Part shown: positions 1-10,753 of the stretch, piece by piece
Numbering within the stretch: the first letter of the stretch is position 1
How the letters are laid out: each line of letters starts with the position of its first letter
Assembly: GCA_963677925.2 (NCBI GenBank)
Contig: CAXXYH010000001.1
Location: 96,001-160,000, forward strand
Direction: 5' to 3'
DNA length: 64,000 nt
DNA from: Spirochaetia bacterium
GTDB taxonomy: Bacteria; Spirochaetota; Spirochaetia; UBA9216
Program-made: the position numbers and the translations under genes
The notes under the pieces: model-generated
What the model saw: the letters and a program-made list of their open reading frames with translations, nothing else
Told to the model about the DNA's origin: nothing
The model's database searches: none

Positions 1-2
1 TT

Positions 3-491
3 CACTGGCCTGTTGATGTGCTGGGAGGTATAGTTCTCGGTATCATCATGTCTGTGCTCTTCTGTACGGTAATTGATCGTTTTTATGAAGATGAACTGAT
101 GCTGCGAAGGATTTTTTTCAGCCTGAATTTTGCCATGATAGCTATTGCAGTTATACTGCTGATTCTGGATATTTTTTACCTCAAAGGTTCAATGAAAATA
201 ACTGATTACTTTAAAATCGCCGGGGTCTCATCCGGTGCTGTCTACGGCTTCTTTATTCAGGAGAGACATGTTGATTTTGCTCCGAAGGATGCAGGATGGC
301 CTGTTAAAATAATCAGATATATTCTGGGGCTTGTGATAACCATAGGGCTGATGGCCGGGCTGAAGCCTCTTCTGCCTCATCACTACGCCGCAGACTTTTT
401 CAGATACGGAATTGTCGGACTCTGGGTTACGCTGCTCTGGCCGCTGATAGGCGTAAAAATAAAACTTTTTAAATACCGCTCAAGGGTGTGA
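3..491 (+). CDS. PAP2-family membrane phosphatase, C-terminal part (5'-truncated by window)
   Basis: Frame open from position 3 reads HWPVDVLGG, the PAP2 C3 motif HxxxDV, followed by several hydrophobic helices. Confidence 0.75.
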   Translation, partial: HWPVDVLGGIVLGIIMSVLFCTVIDRFYEDELMLRRIFFSLNFAMIAIAVILLILDIFYLKGSMKITDYFKIAGVSSGAVYGFFIQERHVDFAPKDAGWPVKIIRYILGLVITIGLMAGLKPLLPHHYAADFFRYGIVGLWVTLLWPLIGVKIKLFKYRSRV

Positions 492-492
492 A

Positions 493-1413
493 ATGAAAAA
501 AATTAAATTTTTTGGGATTCTGATTCTGCTGCTTGCAGGGGCTTCATCGGTATTTGCGTTTCCAGGACTCGGGAATGCCGACGGATCTCACTGGTCAATA
601 AGCTCAAAGGCTCTTGAAAGTCTTTTTGGAAGGCATCAGGGAACTATAGTTTCAGTAAAAACAATGCCGGTATACGGGATAGAAAGCTATGAGTTTGAAA
701 ATCCTACTGCTACAAATATAATCCTCTGGGCGTCCGGCGGGCCGGATCTCTATAATTTCGGTGTTCAGGAGAGTCATTCACAGAGTTATGAATACAAATA
801 CAAAGACAAGATGTCAGCTGACCAGCTTAAAGCCTTTGAGAATAAATCTGTAACTGATTATCTTATCTACTGTGCAGGTTATATGCGCAGAATTGAGGCT
901 GAATGGGCTGCCGGAAATACAAGAGAAGCTGCCTATCTTACCGGGTTTTTTATGCATACCTTCGAAGACCTGTTTGCTCACGGCGGAATTACAAATGCAC
1001 AGCATCTCTGGCTGGAAGATAATGGAGAGAACCCTGACTATAACGTTGATTCATACCTTGCGGCTGTTGATTCAACCGGGTATTTCATTGAATCTCTGAT
1101 AAACAACCTCAGCAGTGAGGCCGCTCATAATTTTATGCAGGCCGTAACTTCAGATGCTTATGTTGAGCCTCTGAGTGAAAAAGAAATTAAAAAGCTCCTC
1201 GGCAAAGGCCGGGATATTTATCTTGAAGGGATCATATATGTGGCATTTACCAAAGCTCCAGATAACTGCATGACTTATGCTGAGCGGATTAAGTGGGATT
1301 CGGAGGCACTGATTAAAATTTTCTGCAGTTCTGTTTATTATGAAAAACTTGCTGAAATTAAAAATACAGATGAGGCTGATGAACTTTTAAATGAAGCCGG
1401 TTACACGTACTGA
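493..1413 (+). CDS. Exported protein, zinc-dependent phospholipase C / S1-P1 nuclease-like
   Basis: Signal peptide ending VFA; candidate Zn ligands in family order: early H (GSHW), GPDL, HTFEDLFAH (HxxxD..H), HLWLE. Confidence 0.55.
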   Translation: MKKIKFFGILILLLAGASSVFAFPGLGNADGSHWSISSKALESLFGRHQGTIVSVKTMPVYGIESYEFENPTATNIILWASGGPDLYNFGVQESHSQSYEYKYKDKMSADQLKAFENKSVTDYLIYCAGYMRRIEAEWAAGNTREAAYLTGFFMHTFEDLFAHGGITNAQHLWLEDNGENPDYNVDSYLAAVDSTGYFIESLINNLSSEAAHNFMQAVTSDAYVEPLSEKEIKKLLGKGRDIYLEGIIYVAFTKAPDNCMTYAERIKWDSEALIKIFCSSVYYEKLAEIKNTDEADELLNEAGYTY

Positions 1414-1435
1414 ATTGTTGTGATACAATTCAGCC

Positions 1436-3442
1436 ATGAAGAACAGTCACGGATTTGTACGCATAGCCTGTGTAAGCCCCGAGCTTAAACTGGCGGATAT
1501 TGATACCAATACACTATCAATCACTAAAACTGCATTTGAGGCCTGCAACGATGGCGCAGATATTATACTTTTTCCAGAACTCAGTCTTACAGGTTACACC
1601 TGCGCAGATCTGTTCCTGCAGAAAAAACTAAGATCAGCATCAATGAAGGCGCTTAAATATATTGCAGAATCAACGGCAGACATCCCGGCATTAATAGCCG
1701 TCGGTCTTCCCGTGTATCATGATGCCAGACTTTATAACTGCGCAGCCGTAATTTCCGGCGGAGCAATAATGGGCCTGGTCCCAAAGACTTATATCCCGAA
1801 TTACGGTGAATACTATGAGGCAAGATGGTTTTCAAGCGGAAGCGATTCAGTCTCGGACAGTATTCTCTATGACGGAGACGAGATTCCTTTCGGTTCAGAT
1901 CTGCTTTTCAAGTGTTCCGATTCCTCCGGGGAGCGTGATTTTACTGTGGGTGTTGAACTGTGCGAAGATATGTGGGCACCAATTCCGCCGTCCGCTTCCA
2001 TGGCTCTAGCAGGTGCCGATGTGATTCTAAACCTTTCAGCCAGCAATGAACTTGCAGGAAAGGCTGATTACCGCAGGGAACTTATTTCCAAGCTTTCAGG
2101 CCAGTATCTTTGTGCATATACCTACTGTTCTTCAGGCATATATGAAAGCACTACAGATACCGTTTTCGGCGGACATCAGATAATTGCTGAAAACGGAAGG
2201 CTTCTTTGCGAAGGAGACCGCTTTACAGGCTCCGGCAGTATAATCTACGCCGATGCAGATATTGATCTCATAGAGCACGAAAGAACTGCCAATAAAACCT
2301 TTGCAGAGTGCGGAGCCGTAGAACTGGGACGAGGACGGGACGGCAAGTCATACCGGCTTGTAGAATGTGGTGTTCCAACAGGTAATTTGAACGATCTGAT
2401 TGAACTTTCACCCTCAAATATCCGGAGAGATGTTCAGGCTCATCCCTTTATTCCGGGAAAGAAGGCGGATCGAACCGTACGCTGTTCGGAAATTTTTTCA
2501 ATACAGAGTTCTGCTCTTGCCTCAAGACTTAGGCACATAGGCTGTAATAATGTAGTTATAGGTCTTTCAGGGGGCCTTGATTCAACACTTGCGCTGCTTG
2601 TTATAGTTGACGCCTTTAAACGCCTGGGACTGCCCTCTGAGGGCATCAAGAGCATCACAATGCCGGGTTTCGGAACTACAAAACGTACAAAATCAAACGC
2701 CGAAAAGCTTTGTGAAACAATGGGAATACCAATCGAAGTTATAGATATAACTCCCGCCTGTGTTCAGCATTTTAAGGATCTGGGGCATGACGGAGTTACT
2801 ACTGATATTACCTATGAGAATACACAGGCCAGGGAGCGTACAAAGATTCTGATGAATAAATCAAATCAGGTCGGCGGTATTGTTATCGGAACAGGTGATC
2901 TTTCAGAGCTTGCTATGGGATGGTGCACGTATAACGGAGATCATATGTCTATGTACGCAGTTAATACCGGTGTCCCTAAAACTCTGGTCAGATATCTAGT
3001 GGAATACTACAAGGACCACCTCGCATCAGATGCTGCCGCTGAGATTCTTGCCGATATCATAGATACGCCGATCTCTCCGGAACTGCTTCCTCCGGATAAG
3101 AACGGTGAAATTGCCCAGAAGACCGAGGAAAATATCGGACCGTATGAGCTTCATGATTTCTTTCTGTATCAGGTTGTACGCTGCGGCTTTACACCGGCAA
3201 AGACATTGTTTCTTGCCCAAAAGGCCTTTGACGGAAAGCACGGAATTAACAGTTACAGCAGGGATGAAATTAAAAAGTGGCTGAGGCTGTTTTACAGAAG
3301 GTTTTTCAGTCAGCAGTTTAAACGTTCATGTATACCCGACGGTCCCAAGGTCGGAACCATCGCTCTCTCACCCCGCGCCGACTGGCGAATGCCCAGCGAT
3401 GCCTCTGTTAATCTCTGGCTTAAAGAACTGGAAGAACTTTAA
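1436..3442 (+). CDS. nadE: Glutamine-dependent NAD+ synthetase
   Basis: N-terminal nitrilase domain (FPELSLTGY, PKTY, ELCEDMW) plus synthetase domain (GLSGGLDST, ENTQARER, QQFKRS). Confidence 0.97.
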   Translation: MKNSHGFVRIACVSPELKLADIDTNTLSITKTAFEACNDGADIILFPELSLTGYTCADLFLQKKLRSASMKALKYIAESTADIPALIAVGLPVYHDARLYNCAAVISGGAIMGLVPKTYIPNYGEYYEARWFSSGSDSVSDSILYDGDEIPFGSDLLFKCSDSSGERDFTVGVELCEDMWAPIPPSASMALAGADVILNLSASNELAGKADYRRELISKLSGQYLCAYTYCSSGIYESTTDTVFGGHQIIAENGRLLCEGDRFTGSGSIIYADADIDLIEHERTANKTFAECGAVELGRGRDGKSYRLVECGVPTGNLNDLIELSPSNIRRDVQAHPFIPGKKADRTVRCSEIFSIQSSALASRLRHIGCNNVVIGLSGGLDSTLALLVIVDAFKRLGLPSEGIKSITMPGFGTTKRTKSNAEKLCETMGIPIEVIDITPACVQHFKDLGHDGVTTDITYENTQARERTKILMNKSNQVGGIVIGTGDLSELAMGWCTYNGDHMSMYAVNTGVPKTLVRYLVEYYKDHLASDAAAEILADIIDTPISPELLPPDKNGEIAQKTEENIGPYELHDFFLYQVVRCGFTPAKTLFLAQKAFDGKHGINSYSRDEIKKWLRLFYRRFFSQQFKRSCIPDGPKVGTIALSPRADWRMPSDASVNLWLKELEEL

Positions 3443-3448
3443 AATTAA

Positions 3449-4903
3449 TTATCTTTTCCAGAACTGCGGCGTCAGCAGTGCAAATACTGTGAACAGCTCA
3501 AGACGTCCGGCCATCATTGCAAAGGATAGAATCCACTTAACATAGTCGGGAAAGAAAAAATAGTTATCAGTAGGACCAATCTGTCCGAATCCAGGACCAA
3601 TGTTGCCGACGGTTACAAGCGCAGTAGTTACCGAGGTTTCGATATCAGTTCCTGATGTGGAGACCAGTACAGTTGTTACAAGAAGAGTGAATATGTAGAG
3701 GGCAAAAAATCCTGCAATTGTATAGACTACTTCTTTTTTTACTGTGGATTGTCCAATCTTCAAAGAGAAGACTCCCCGTGGATGCAGCATGTACTTGATA
3801 TTGTTAAGTCCAAGCTTGGCCATGGTTACAATACGGATTACCTTTATTCCTCCGCCGGTTGATCCGGAACAGCCTCCGATAAACATCAGGAAAAACAGAA
3901 GAACCTTGGAAAAATTCGGCCAGAGTTCGAAGTCTGCAGTAGCATAACCTGTTGTTGTTATAATTGATGCGACCTGAAATGATGCAAATCTGAATGAACT
4001 GCTGCCGGTGCTGTAGTTTCCGCTCATGTACAGGTTTAAGGTTATCAGTCCGGTTATGACAAAGAAAATTATCACATAGGCTTTGAATTCACCGTCATGA
4101 AATATTTCCGAGAACTTTCCTTTAATTGCTTTAAAGTAAAGTGCAAAGTTGCATCCAGCCAGAACCATGAATATAGTTATTACGGCGTCAACATAGGCGC
4201 TGTTATAGTGCCCTACACTTGCCGCTTTGGGAGAGAAACCGCCTGTAGCCATAGTGCCGAATGTATGTGTAGCTGCATCAAAAAGATCCATCCCTCCGAA
4301 GAGCAGAAGCACTGTCTCAATAACCGATAGACCGAGGTAGATTAGCCAGAGAATAAGAGCATTATTCCGTATTTTCGGCGTAAACTTATCAACAGCAGGA
4401 CCGGGAGATTCTGCACCTACCAGCTTTGTTCCTCCTACACCCAGAAGAGGAATCAGTGCTACAACAAGTACAACAATTCCCATTCCGCCCAGCCAGTGAG
4501 TGAGTGAGCGCCAGAACAGGATACTTCTGGGCAGGGCTTCAATATCAGTAAGAATAGAAGCTCCGGTTGTTGTAAATCCTGACATGATTTCAAAATAGGC
4601 GTCAGCATAATTTGGTATTGCGCCTGAAATCCATACGGGTATTGCGCCGAAACCTGCAGCCAATATCCAGCTTGATGTAACGAAGAAGAATCCGTCGCGT
4701 GTGGTAAGCATCTTGTTCGGAGCTTTCCTGGTGAGAAGTATATATACCGCCGCAAAAATCCATATGGCCAGTATTGTTCCGAGAAAACAGTAAAACTCAA
4801 AAGTTTCGCCGTAATAAGCTGCAATACCCGCTGGTATTACCATGAATGCGGAAACAACAACCTGAATTACTGCTGTAAGCCGCAGAATGTAAAATGGGTT
4901 CAA
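3449..4903 (-). CDS. trkH: Trk potassium uptake membrane protein
   Basis: SGFTTTG, TMATGGF, ITTTGY, GNIGPG pore-loop motifs; GRLE near C-terminus. Confidence 0.95.
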   Translation of the reverse strand: MNPFYILRLTAVIQVVVSAFMVIPAGIAAYYGETFEFYCFLGTILAIWIFAAVYILLTRKAPNKMLTTRDGFFFVTSSWILAAGFGAIPVWISGAIPNYADAYFEIMSGFTTTGASILTDIEALPRSILFWRSLTHWLGGMGIVVLVVALIPLLGVGGTKLVGAESPGPAVDKFTPKIRNNALILWLIYLGLSVIETVLLLFGGMDLFDAATHTFGTMATGGFSPKAASVGHYNSAYVDAVITIFMVLAGCNFALYFKAIKGKFSEIFHDGEFKAYVIIFFVITGLITLNLYMSGNYSTGSSSFRFASFQVASIITTTGYATADFELWPNFSKVLLFFLMFIGGCSGSTGGGIKVIRIVTMAKLGLNNIKYMLHPRGVFSLKIGQSTVKKEVVYTIAGFFALYIFTLLVTTVLVSTSGTDIETSVTTALVTVGNIGPGFGQIGPTDNYFFFPDYVKWILSFAMMAGRLELFTVFALLTPQFWKR

Positions 4904-4915
4904 GTTAAGTCTCCG

Positions 4916-6304
4916 CTAAGAATTGAATAATTTATGCACATAATCAATGTTTGCGCGATCTACTGTTACAAGCAGTACATCATCAAGCTGCAGCCTGTCA
5001 TTACCTGTAGGAATAAGGTTCTGCCCCCCTCTGGTAAGACCCGCAATGATACCCTTGCCTCTAAGGTTAATGTCTTTTATTTCCTTGTTCAGAACCGGTG
5101 TATCATCAGTAATTATAAACTCAAAAACTTCCAGCTTACCTTCAAAAAGGGAGTGAACGCTTGTAAAATTTCCGCCTCGTATATAACGCAGAACAGAGTT
5201 TACAGTTGAGCTGTTAACCGAAATAACAGAATCAAGATCCAGGTGCGGAGCCAGCCGCAGATAGTTTGTGTTATGCTTGATAAGGGCCATAGCCTTCTCT
5301 ACACCGATACGCCTTGCATAGATGGCGGTAAGAATATTCAGCTCATCATTGCTCGTCAGAGTAATAATGAGATCATAGCTTGCGATATCCTCATCCTCAT
5401 AGAGTGTCTCATCTGTTACATCGGATTTAATTATAAGAATCTCCGGAAACTGCTCTGCGAAGCTTTTACAGACCTCGCTGTCCTGATCAACCAGGGCAAA
5501 GAGCCTGCGATCAGCTGCTGAAAAGTTTTTAAGAAGAAAACGCGCTGTTTTACTTCCGCCTACAAGAAGAATCTTTTTAAGTTTCTTCTTCTGCTTGCCA
5601 AGCGCCTTGAAAACTTTTTCAACTCCCGCCTGTTCAGCTACTACCGAAAGCGTATCATTTTCATGAATAACAGTATCTCCTGAAGGAACAATCAGCCTGT
5701 GTTTTCGGTGAATAGCCGCAATAAGAAACTCATCATTTATCGAATTTCTTATTGTTTTAACATCCTTGTTCAGAAAAAGAGATTTTTCAGTTACATGAAT
5801 ATTGTGAAGCAGCAGTCCTGATTTCTGAAATGAAATCATATCGCTGAAAACACCCTTATCCACTATTTCATAGATGGTATTTGCAGCCTCTGCCTCGGGG
5901 TTAACAATATAGTCAATTCCAAGAATTGAGCCTGACAGCCCGTGAGAGCCTATATATGTCAGGTTTCTGATGCTTGCAATTTTATGTTCAACGTTGAATT
6001 CGCTGGAAACAAGCCCGCAGGCAACCATGTTTACTTCATCAGAATCTGTCATTGTGATGAACATATCGGTATCTTCGATACCGGCATCCTTCAGAACCTC
6101 AATAGAAGTCCCTGAACCGTTTATAACAAGGCAGTCAAGCTTGGACGACGCGTATGATGCCTTTTTAGGATCAGATTCAATCAGCACTACATCTTTTTTT
6201 TCTTCGATAAGATGTCTTGCAATCTGATAGCCGCGTGAACCGGCGCCTAGTATTACAATCTTCATACAGCTTGGGATCTTAACGGTAGATTCCGAATTAT
6301 TCAA
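4916..6304 (-). CDS. trkA: Trk potassium uptake NAD-binding subunit
   Basis: Two RCK_N/RCK_C repeats (ILGAGSRG, LVGGSKTA); adjacent to trkH; true start may be the ATG of MKIVILG. Confidence 0.93.
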   Translation of the reverse strand: MNNSESTVKIPSCMKIVILGAGSRGYQIARHLIEEKKDVVLIESDPKKASYASSKLDCLVINGSGTSIEVLKDAGIEDTDMFITMTDSDEVNMVACGLVSSEFNVEHKIASIRNLTYIGSHGLSGSILGIDYIVNPEAEAANTIYEIVDKGVFSDMISFQKSGLLLHNIHVTEKSLFLNKDVKTIRNSINDEFLIAAIHRKHRLIVPSGDTVIHENDTLSVVAEQAGVEKVFKALGKQKKKLKKILLVGGSKTARFLLKNFSAADRRLFALVDQDSEVCKSFAEQFPEILIIKSDVTDETLYEDEDIASYDLIITLTSNDELNILTAIYARRIGVEKAMALIKHNTNYLRLAPHLDLDSVISVNSSTVNSVLRYIRGGNFTSVHSLFEGKLEVFEFIITDDTPVLNKEIKDINLRGKGIIAGLTRGGQNLIPTGNDRLQLDDVLLVTVDRANIDYVHKLFNS

Positions 6305-6339
6305 GATAAAGGTCTGAAAAACTGCAATTCCGATAAAAT

Positions 6340-7377
6340 TTAACGTATATACATGGCATCGCCGTACGAGAAAAACCGGTATTTCCGTCTGACAGCCTCA
6401 GAATAAGCGTTCATTATGCTGTCCTTTCCGGCAAAGGCTGAAACAAGCATTAACAGTGAAGATTCAGGGGTATGAAAGTTGGTAAACATATGGTTTACAA
6501 GCCTGAACTCATATCCGGGATAGATGAAAATGTCGGTGCTTCTGCAGCCCGGCCTGACCTCTGAAGAGTTCCATCTTTTGGCTTCGGATTCGAGTGTACG
6601 GACAGATGTAGTTCCGACAGCGGTTATAGGTCTTTTATCAGCAACAGCCCTGTTGATTATTTCGGCGGTTTCCTCGGATATTTCATAATCTTCTGAATGC
6701 ATCTGATGTTCTGTAATATCCTCGGTTCTTACCGGAAGAAAAGTTCCAAGTCCAACATGAAGAGTCAGGTGTACTGTCTCTATTCCGCGTTTTTTTATAG
6801 CTGACAGAATTTCATCTGTAAAATGTAGTCCTGCTGTAGGGGCTGCTACAGAACCAGTTTTTTCTGAAAAGACAGTCTGATACCTTTCAGCGTCAGCTGC
6901 AGCATCATCCCTTTTGATGTATGGCGGCAGTGGTATATGACCGTTGGTGTTCAGCCAGTTATCATTAACCGGACGAGAGAACTCAATTACTCTGTTACTT
7001 CCGTCAACCTCTGTGATTACGGCTTCAAGCCCGTCATCGAATTTGTATCTTCTGCCCGGTTTCTGTTTTTTTGACTTGGAAACCATCGCCAGCCATTTAA
7101 TGCCTTCACCTTCATCAAGATTGCGAAGCAGAAGAAATTCTATCATAGCTCCGGTTTCAGATTCAGCATATAGCCGGGCTTTTCTGACTCGTGAGTTGTT
7201 GAAAACAACAAGTGAGCCTTCCGGTATCAGATTGGGAAAATCTGATACCATATAATCTGTAAGAGAATTACCGTCTTTGCGGTCCATAAGTAATAATCTT
7301 GATTCACCGCGTTTTTCAGCGGGATACTGTGCTATAAGATCTTCAGGGAGATCAAAAAAGAAGCTGCTGGTCTTCAT
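6340..7377 (-). CDS. queA: tRNA preQ1(34) S-adenosylmethionine ribosyltransferase-isomerase
   Basis: [39 protein letters not shown] motifs. Confidence 0.97.
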   Translation of the reverse strand: MKTSSFFFDLPEDLIAQYPAEKRGESRLLLMDRKDGNSLTDYMVSDFPNLIPEGSLVVFNNSRVRKARLYAESETGAMIEFLLLRNLDEGEGIKWLAMVSKSKKQKPGRRYKFDDGLEAVITEVDGSNRVIEFSRPVNDNWLNTNGHIPLPPYIKRDDAAADAERYQTVFSEKTGSVAAPTAGLHFTDEILSAIKKRGIETVHLTLHVGLGTFLPVRTEDITEHQMHSEDYEISEETAEIINRAVADKRPITAVGTTSVRTLESEAKRWNSSEVRPGCRSTDIFIYPGYEFRLVNHMFTNFHTPESSLLMLVSAFAGKDSIMNAYSEAVRRKYRFFSYGDAMYIR

Positions 7378-8419
7378 CCTTTTCCTGCAATAAAGTATTG
7401 ATTGACGGGGGAACTTTCAGACCCAGATGCTGGTAAGCAAGTGAAGTCACCATTCTTCCCCTTTGTGTACGTTTTATAAATCCCTGCTGAATCAGGTATG
7501 GTTCGTAAAAATCTTCAAGCGATTCTACGGCTTCACCGGCCGAGATAGCGAGTGTTTCCGCACCAACCGGTCCGCCGCTGTAGCGCTCGATAATAAGCCT
7601 GAGAATCTCACGATCCTGACGCTCAAGCCCCATTTTATCAATTTCGAGGCGTTTTAATCCTGTCGAGACTATCTTCCTGTTTATGGTATCAAGTCCCTCT
7701 ACCTGGGCAAAGTCACGCATTCTTCTGAGCAGCCTGTTTGCTACACGGGGAGTTCCGCGTGAACACTGGGCTAGAAGTGCTACAGCGTCTTCGTCAATGT
7801 TTATTCCAAGAATACCTGAAGAGCGTTTAAGAATGCTGATGATATCCTTGATTTCATAGAAATTCATTCTGAAAGAGATTCCGAACCTGCTGTACAGCGG
7901 ACTTGCAACCTGTCCAGCCTTGGTTGTGGCTCCTATAAGCGTAAATGGAGGAATTGGAATACGGATATTCCTGGCAGAAGGTCCCTGGCCTATGACCCAG
8001 TCCATCTCGTAATCTTCCATTGCTATGTAAAGCATTTCTTCTATAGCCGGTTTGAGCCTGTGAATTTCGTCAATAAAGAATACGCTTCTCTCGGTAATGC
8101 TGGTCAGTATTCCCGCGAGATCTTTCGGCTTTTCTATAGCCGGAGCGCTTGTAACCTTGAAGTCTGCATTAAGTTCGTTGGAAATGATTCCTGCAAGTGT
8201 GGTTTTCCCAAGACCCGGAGGACCGCAAAGAAATACATGGTCGAGGCTTTCCTCTCTTTCATTGGCTGCTTTTATGAATATATCAAGATTGCTTTTCAGT
8301 GCATCCTGGCCCTGAAAATCGGTTAACTTCTGAGGCCGTAAACCGTTTTCCTTACCATCAGTTCCGGGATCATAATTCCCCGAGAGTATGCTGTCATGAT
8401 TATCTTTGCTGTCAGGCAT
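7352..8419 (-). CDS. ruvB: Holliday junction branch migration helicase
   Basis: LRP, Walker [29 protein letters not shown]. Confidence 0.98.
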   Translation of the reverse strand: MPDSKDNHDSILSGNYDPGTDGKENGLRPQKLTDFQGQDALKSNLDIFIKAANEREESLDHVFLCGPPGLGKTTLAGIISNELNADFKVTSAPAIEKPKDLAGILTSITERSVFFIDEIHRLKPAIEEMLYIAMEDYEMDWVIGQGPSARNIRIPIPPFTLIGATTKAGQVASPLYSRFGISFRMNFYEIKDIISILKRSSGILGINIDEDAVALLAQCSRGTPRVANRLLRRMRDFAQVEGLDTINRKIVSTGLKRLEIDKMGLERQDREILRLIIERYSGGPVGAETLAISAGEAVESLEDFYEPYLIQQGFIKRTQRGRMVTSLAYQHLGLKVPPSINTLLQEKDEDQQLLF

Positions 8420-8438
8420 TACACGTCCCCATTAATAT

Positions 8439-9035
8439 TCAGCTGCTGAGCATGACAATGGCTTTTTTAAAGAGATTTTTCTCAAAATCGGAAGCATCAC
8501 TGCTGTCAGCAGAAGCAGAAAGTTCATCAGCTGCTTTTCTGACCGCTGCTTCAGCTTTCTTCCGGTCAAAGCCCATGTCTGTAAGTGCGTTTATTATATC
8601 ACTATGGCTGCCGGATGAGGAAGTCTCATCATCAAGACTTAATTTTCCTCTTAAAGTGAGCACAATTTTCTGAGCGGTTTTTTTACCCAGTCCAGGAAGC
8701 CTTGTCAGAGCATCGACATCGTTTTCATCAAGCTGCCGTATAAAGGCATCAACCTCTATTCCAGAAAGTATACGAACAGCCTGTTTAGGCCCTATTCCTC
8801 CAACCTTCAGAAGATCAAAAAACAGAGAGCGCTCGCGTTTATCATAAAAGCCGTAGAGCTGCATTACATCTTCACGATGATGAAGATAAACAAGTACACG
8901 GGCGTCCTCACCTGTTTTGGGCATCTTAGTTATGGAATTAAAAGGCATCAGGATCTGCCATTCTATGCCGTTGTTTTCAATAAAAACAGAAGATTCGTCT
9001 TTACCTGTAATGATTCCGCTTATACTGTTTATCAT
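8439..9035 (-). CDS. ruvA: Holliday junction branch migration protein
   Basis: LYGF, HhH motifs VGGIGPK and LPGLGKKTAQ; between ruvC and ruvB. Confidence 0.96.
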   Translation of the reverse strand: MINSISGIITGKDESSVFIENNGIEWQILMPFNSITKMPKTGEDARVLVYLHHREDVMQLYGFYDKRERSLFFDLLKVGGIGPKQAVRILSGIEVDAFIRQLDENDVDALTRLPGLGKKTAQKIVLTLRGKLSLDDETSSSGSHSDIINALTDMGFDRKKAEAAVRKAADELSASADSSDASDFEKNLFKKAIVMLSS

Positions 9036-9529
9036 GTAATAACTCCTCTTGAGGCCATCAGGTAGGAGTTGAAGCCGCAGACGGCTGCTGCTAAAGCATC
9101 TGCTGCATGATCAGGCTGAGGAATTTCTTCCATCCCGAGGATCATCTTTACCATTTCCTGTACGGCTGTTTTATCCGCTCTCCCATTCCCGGTCAGGGAC
9201 TGTTTGATCTGCTGAGGAGTAAATTCGGAAGCGGAGATATTATTCTGTGCAAGTACCAGCAGGAGTACTCCGCGTGCCTGAGCTACGGGGATCGCGCTGG
9301 TTACATTCTTTGCAAAGAATAGACTTTCAATTCCTGCAATGGCAGGTTTAAATTCTTTGATGAGTTCTTCACATTTTTCATGGATAATTTTCAGTCGATT
9401 ACCGGTAGAAAGTTTTTTGTCTGTTTCAATGCTGCCGTAGGCAACCGGTTGAAACCGGCTGCTGTCAGCGTCTAAGACTCCCCATCCGGTAGAAGCAAGT
9501 CCGGGGTCCAACCCCAGGATTCTTACCAT
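9032..9529 (-). CDS. ruvC: Crossover junction endodeoxyribonuclease
   Basis: ILGLDPG, IES, GRADK, DHAADALA. Confidence 0.97.
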   Translation of the reverse strand: MVRILGLDPGLASTGWGVLDADSSRFQPVAYGSIETDKKLSTGNRLKIIHEKCEELIKEFKPAIAGIESLFFAKNVTSAIPVAQARGVLLLVLAQNNISASEFTPQQIKQSLTGNGRADKTAVQEMVKMILGMEEIPQPDHAADALAAAVCGFNSYLMASRGVIT

Positions 9530-10276
9530 CTATTCCGCATCTGGGTCGTAGTCATCCGGTATTTCCAGATTAGAGTAAACATTCTGGACATCATCATTGT
9601 CTTCGAGCCTGTCAATAAGCTTAAGGACCTTTCCGGTTTTTTCATTATCAAGAGTAATAGTCTGATCGGCTACCATTGTTATTTCAGCGCTGTCTCTTTT
9701 GAAACCAGCTTCTTCAAGTGCATTAACCACAGCTTCAAAATCTTCAGGATCAGTTGTTACTTCAATAACATCAACATCAGTTGAAACATCTTCAGCGCCG
9801 GCTTCAAGCGCTGCATTGAAGATTTCATCTTCAGAGCAGTTTTCAGTACTGAATGTTATAACACCTTTCCGGTTGAACATGTATGAAACACATCCTGTTT
9901 CACCCAGGTTTCCGCCGGCTTTTGAAAAAATACTTCTAACATCGGCAGCTGTACGGTTTTTGTTGTCTGTAAGAGTCTCAACCATAATTGCAACTCCGCC
10001 GACTCCATAACCTTCGTACATTCCCTCAGTATAGTTTACACCGTCAAGATCACCTGTTCCCTTCTTGATTGCCCGTTCAATGTTGTCTTTGGGCATATTG
10101 GCGTCTTTAGCCTTAAGGACAATAGTTCTCAGTCTGGGGTTGGCTTCAATATCTCCGCCGCCCATCTTGGCTGCAACAGTAATTTCCTTGATGATCTTGG
10201 TAAATATTTTACCTCGTTTTGCGTCTGCCGCACCCTTTTTATGTTTAATAGTATGCCATTTACTGTGGCCTGACAT
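9530..10276 (-). CDS. yebC: YebC/PmpR family protein
   Basis: MSGHSKW start, [21 protein letters not shown]. Confidence 0.96.
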   Translation of the reverse strand: MSGHSKWHTIKHKKGAADAKRGKIFTKIIKEITVAAKMGGGDIEANPRLRTIVLKAKDANMPKDNIERAIKKGTGDLDGVNYTEGMYEGYGVGGVAIMVETLTDNKNRTAADVRSIFSKAGGNLGETGCVSYMFNRKGVITFSTENCSEDEIFNAALEAGAEDVSTDVDVIEVTTDPEDFEAVVNALEEAGFKRDSAEITMVADQTITLDNEKTGKVLKLIDRLEDNDDVQNVYSNLEIPDDYDPDAE

Positions 10277-10347
10277 GGTATCTCCTTTGCATAATTGTTA
10301 TTTAATTATTGCTGTTCGAACAAGTTACCATACTGAAAAATCTGGTG

Positions 10348-10506
10348 TCAAGAGTGTTCATCATCACGAAGGTTTGATTTAACCGGAATATCAATTCTTG
10401 TTCCGCATGCAGGACAGCGGCCTTTTAAACCGGCTTTTTCCTTTGGTACTCTCAGACCCTTTCCGCATGAAGGGCAGCTGAATTTAACTGTTTCATTGTT
10501 ATGCAT
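10348..10506 (-). CDS. Small zinc-ribbon protein (52 aa), not in the ORF track
   Basis: Manual translation MHNNETVKFSCPSCGKGLRVPKEKAGLKGRCPACGTRIDIPVKSNLRDDEHS*; two CPxCG knuckles; GGAG RBS upstream; alternative ATG at 10521. Confidence 0.75.
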   Translation of the reverse strand: MHNNETVKFSCPSCGKGLRVPKEKAGLKGRCPACGTRIDIPVKSNLRDDEHS

Positions 10507-10753
10507 AAATTTATTCTCCATAAAAAAAATCTTTAATTACAATTCTAAGCTATTTAATTGATTATTAAAAAGGACATATCGAAATTGCATTGTTTGAAGT
10601 TTATGTATTTACTTATTAAGTAATCATTTAAAGATATTTTACTTATAATATTTCTTTTTTCAAGTGTTTAGTGTTGTAAATAATAAAAACTTGATTAGAA
10701 ATTATGCTTGGTTTATAGTGTTGAAATCAGTAATTCTATGAAAAGGAATATAG

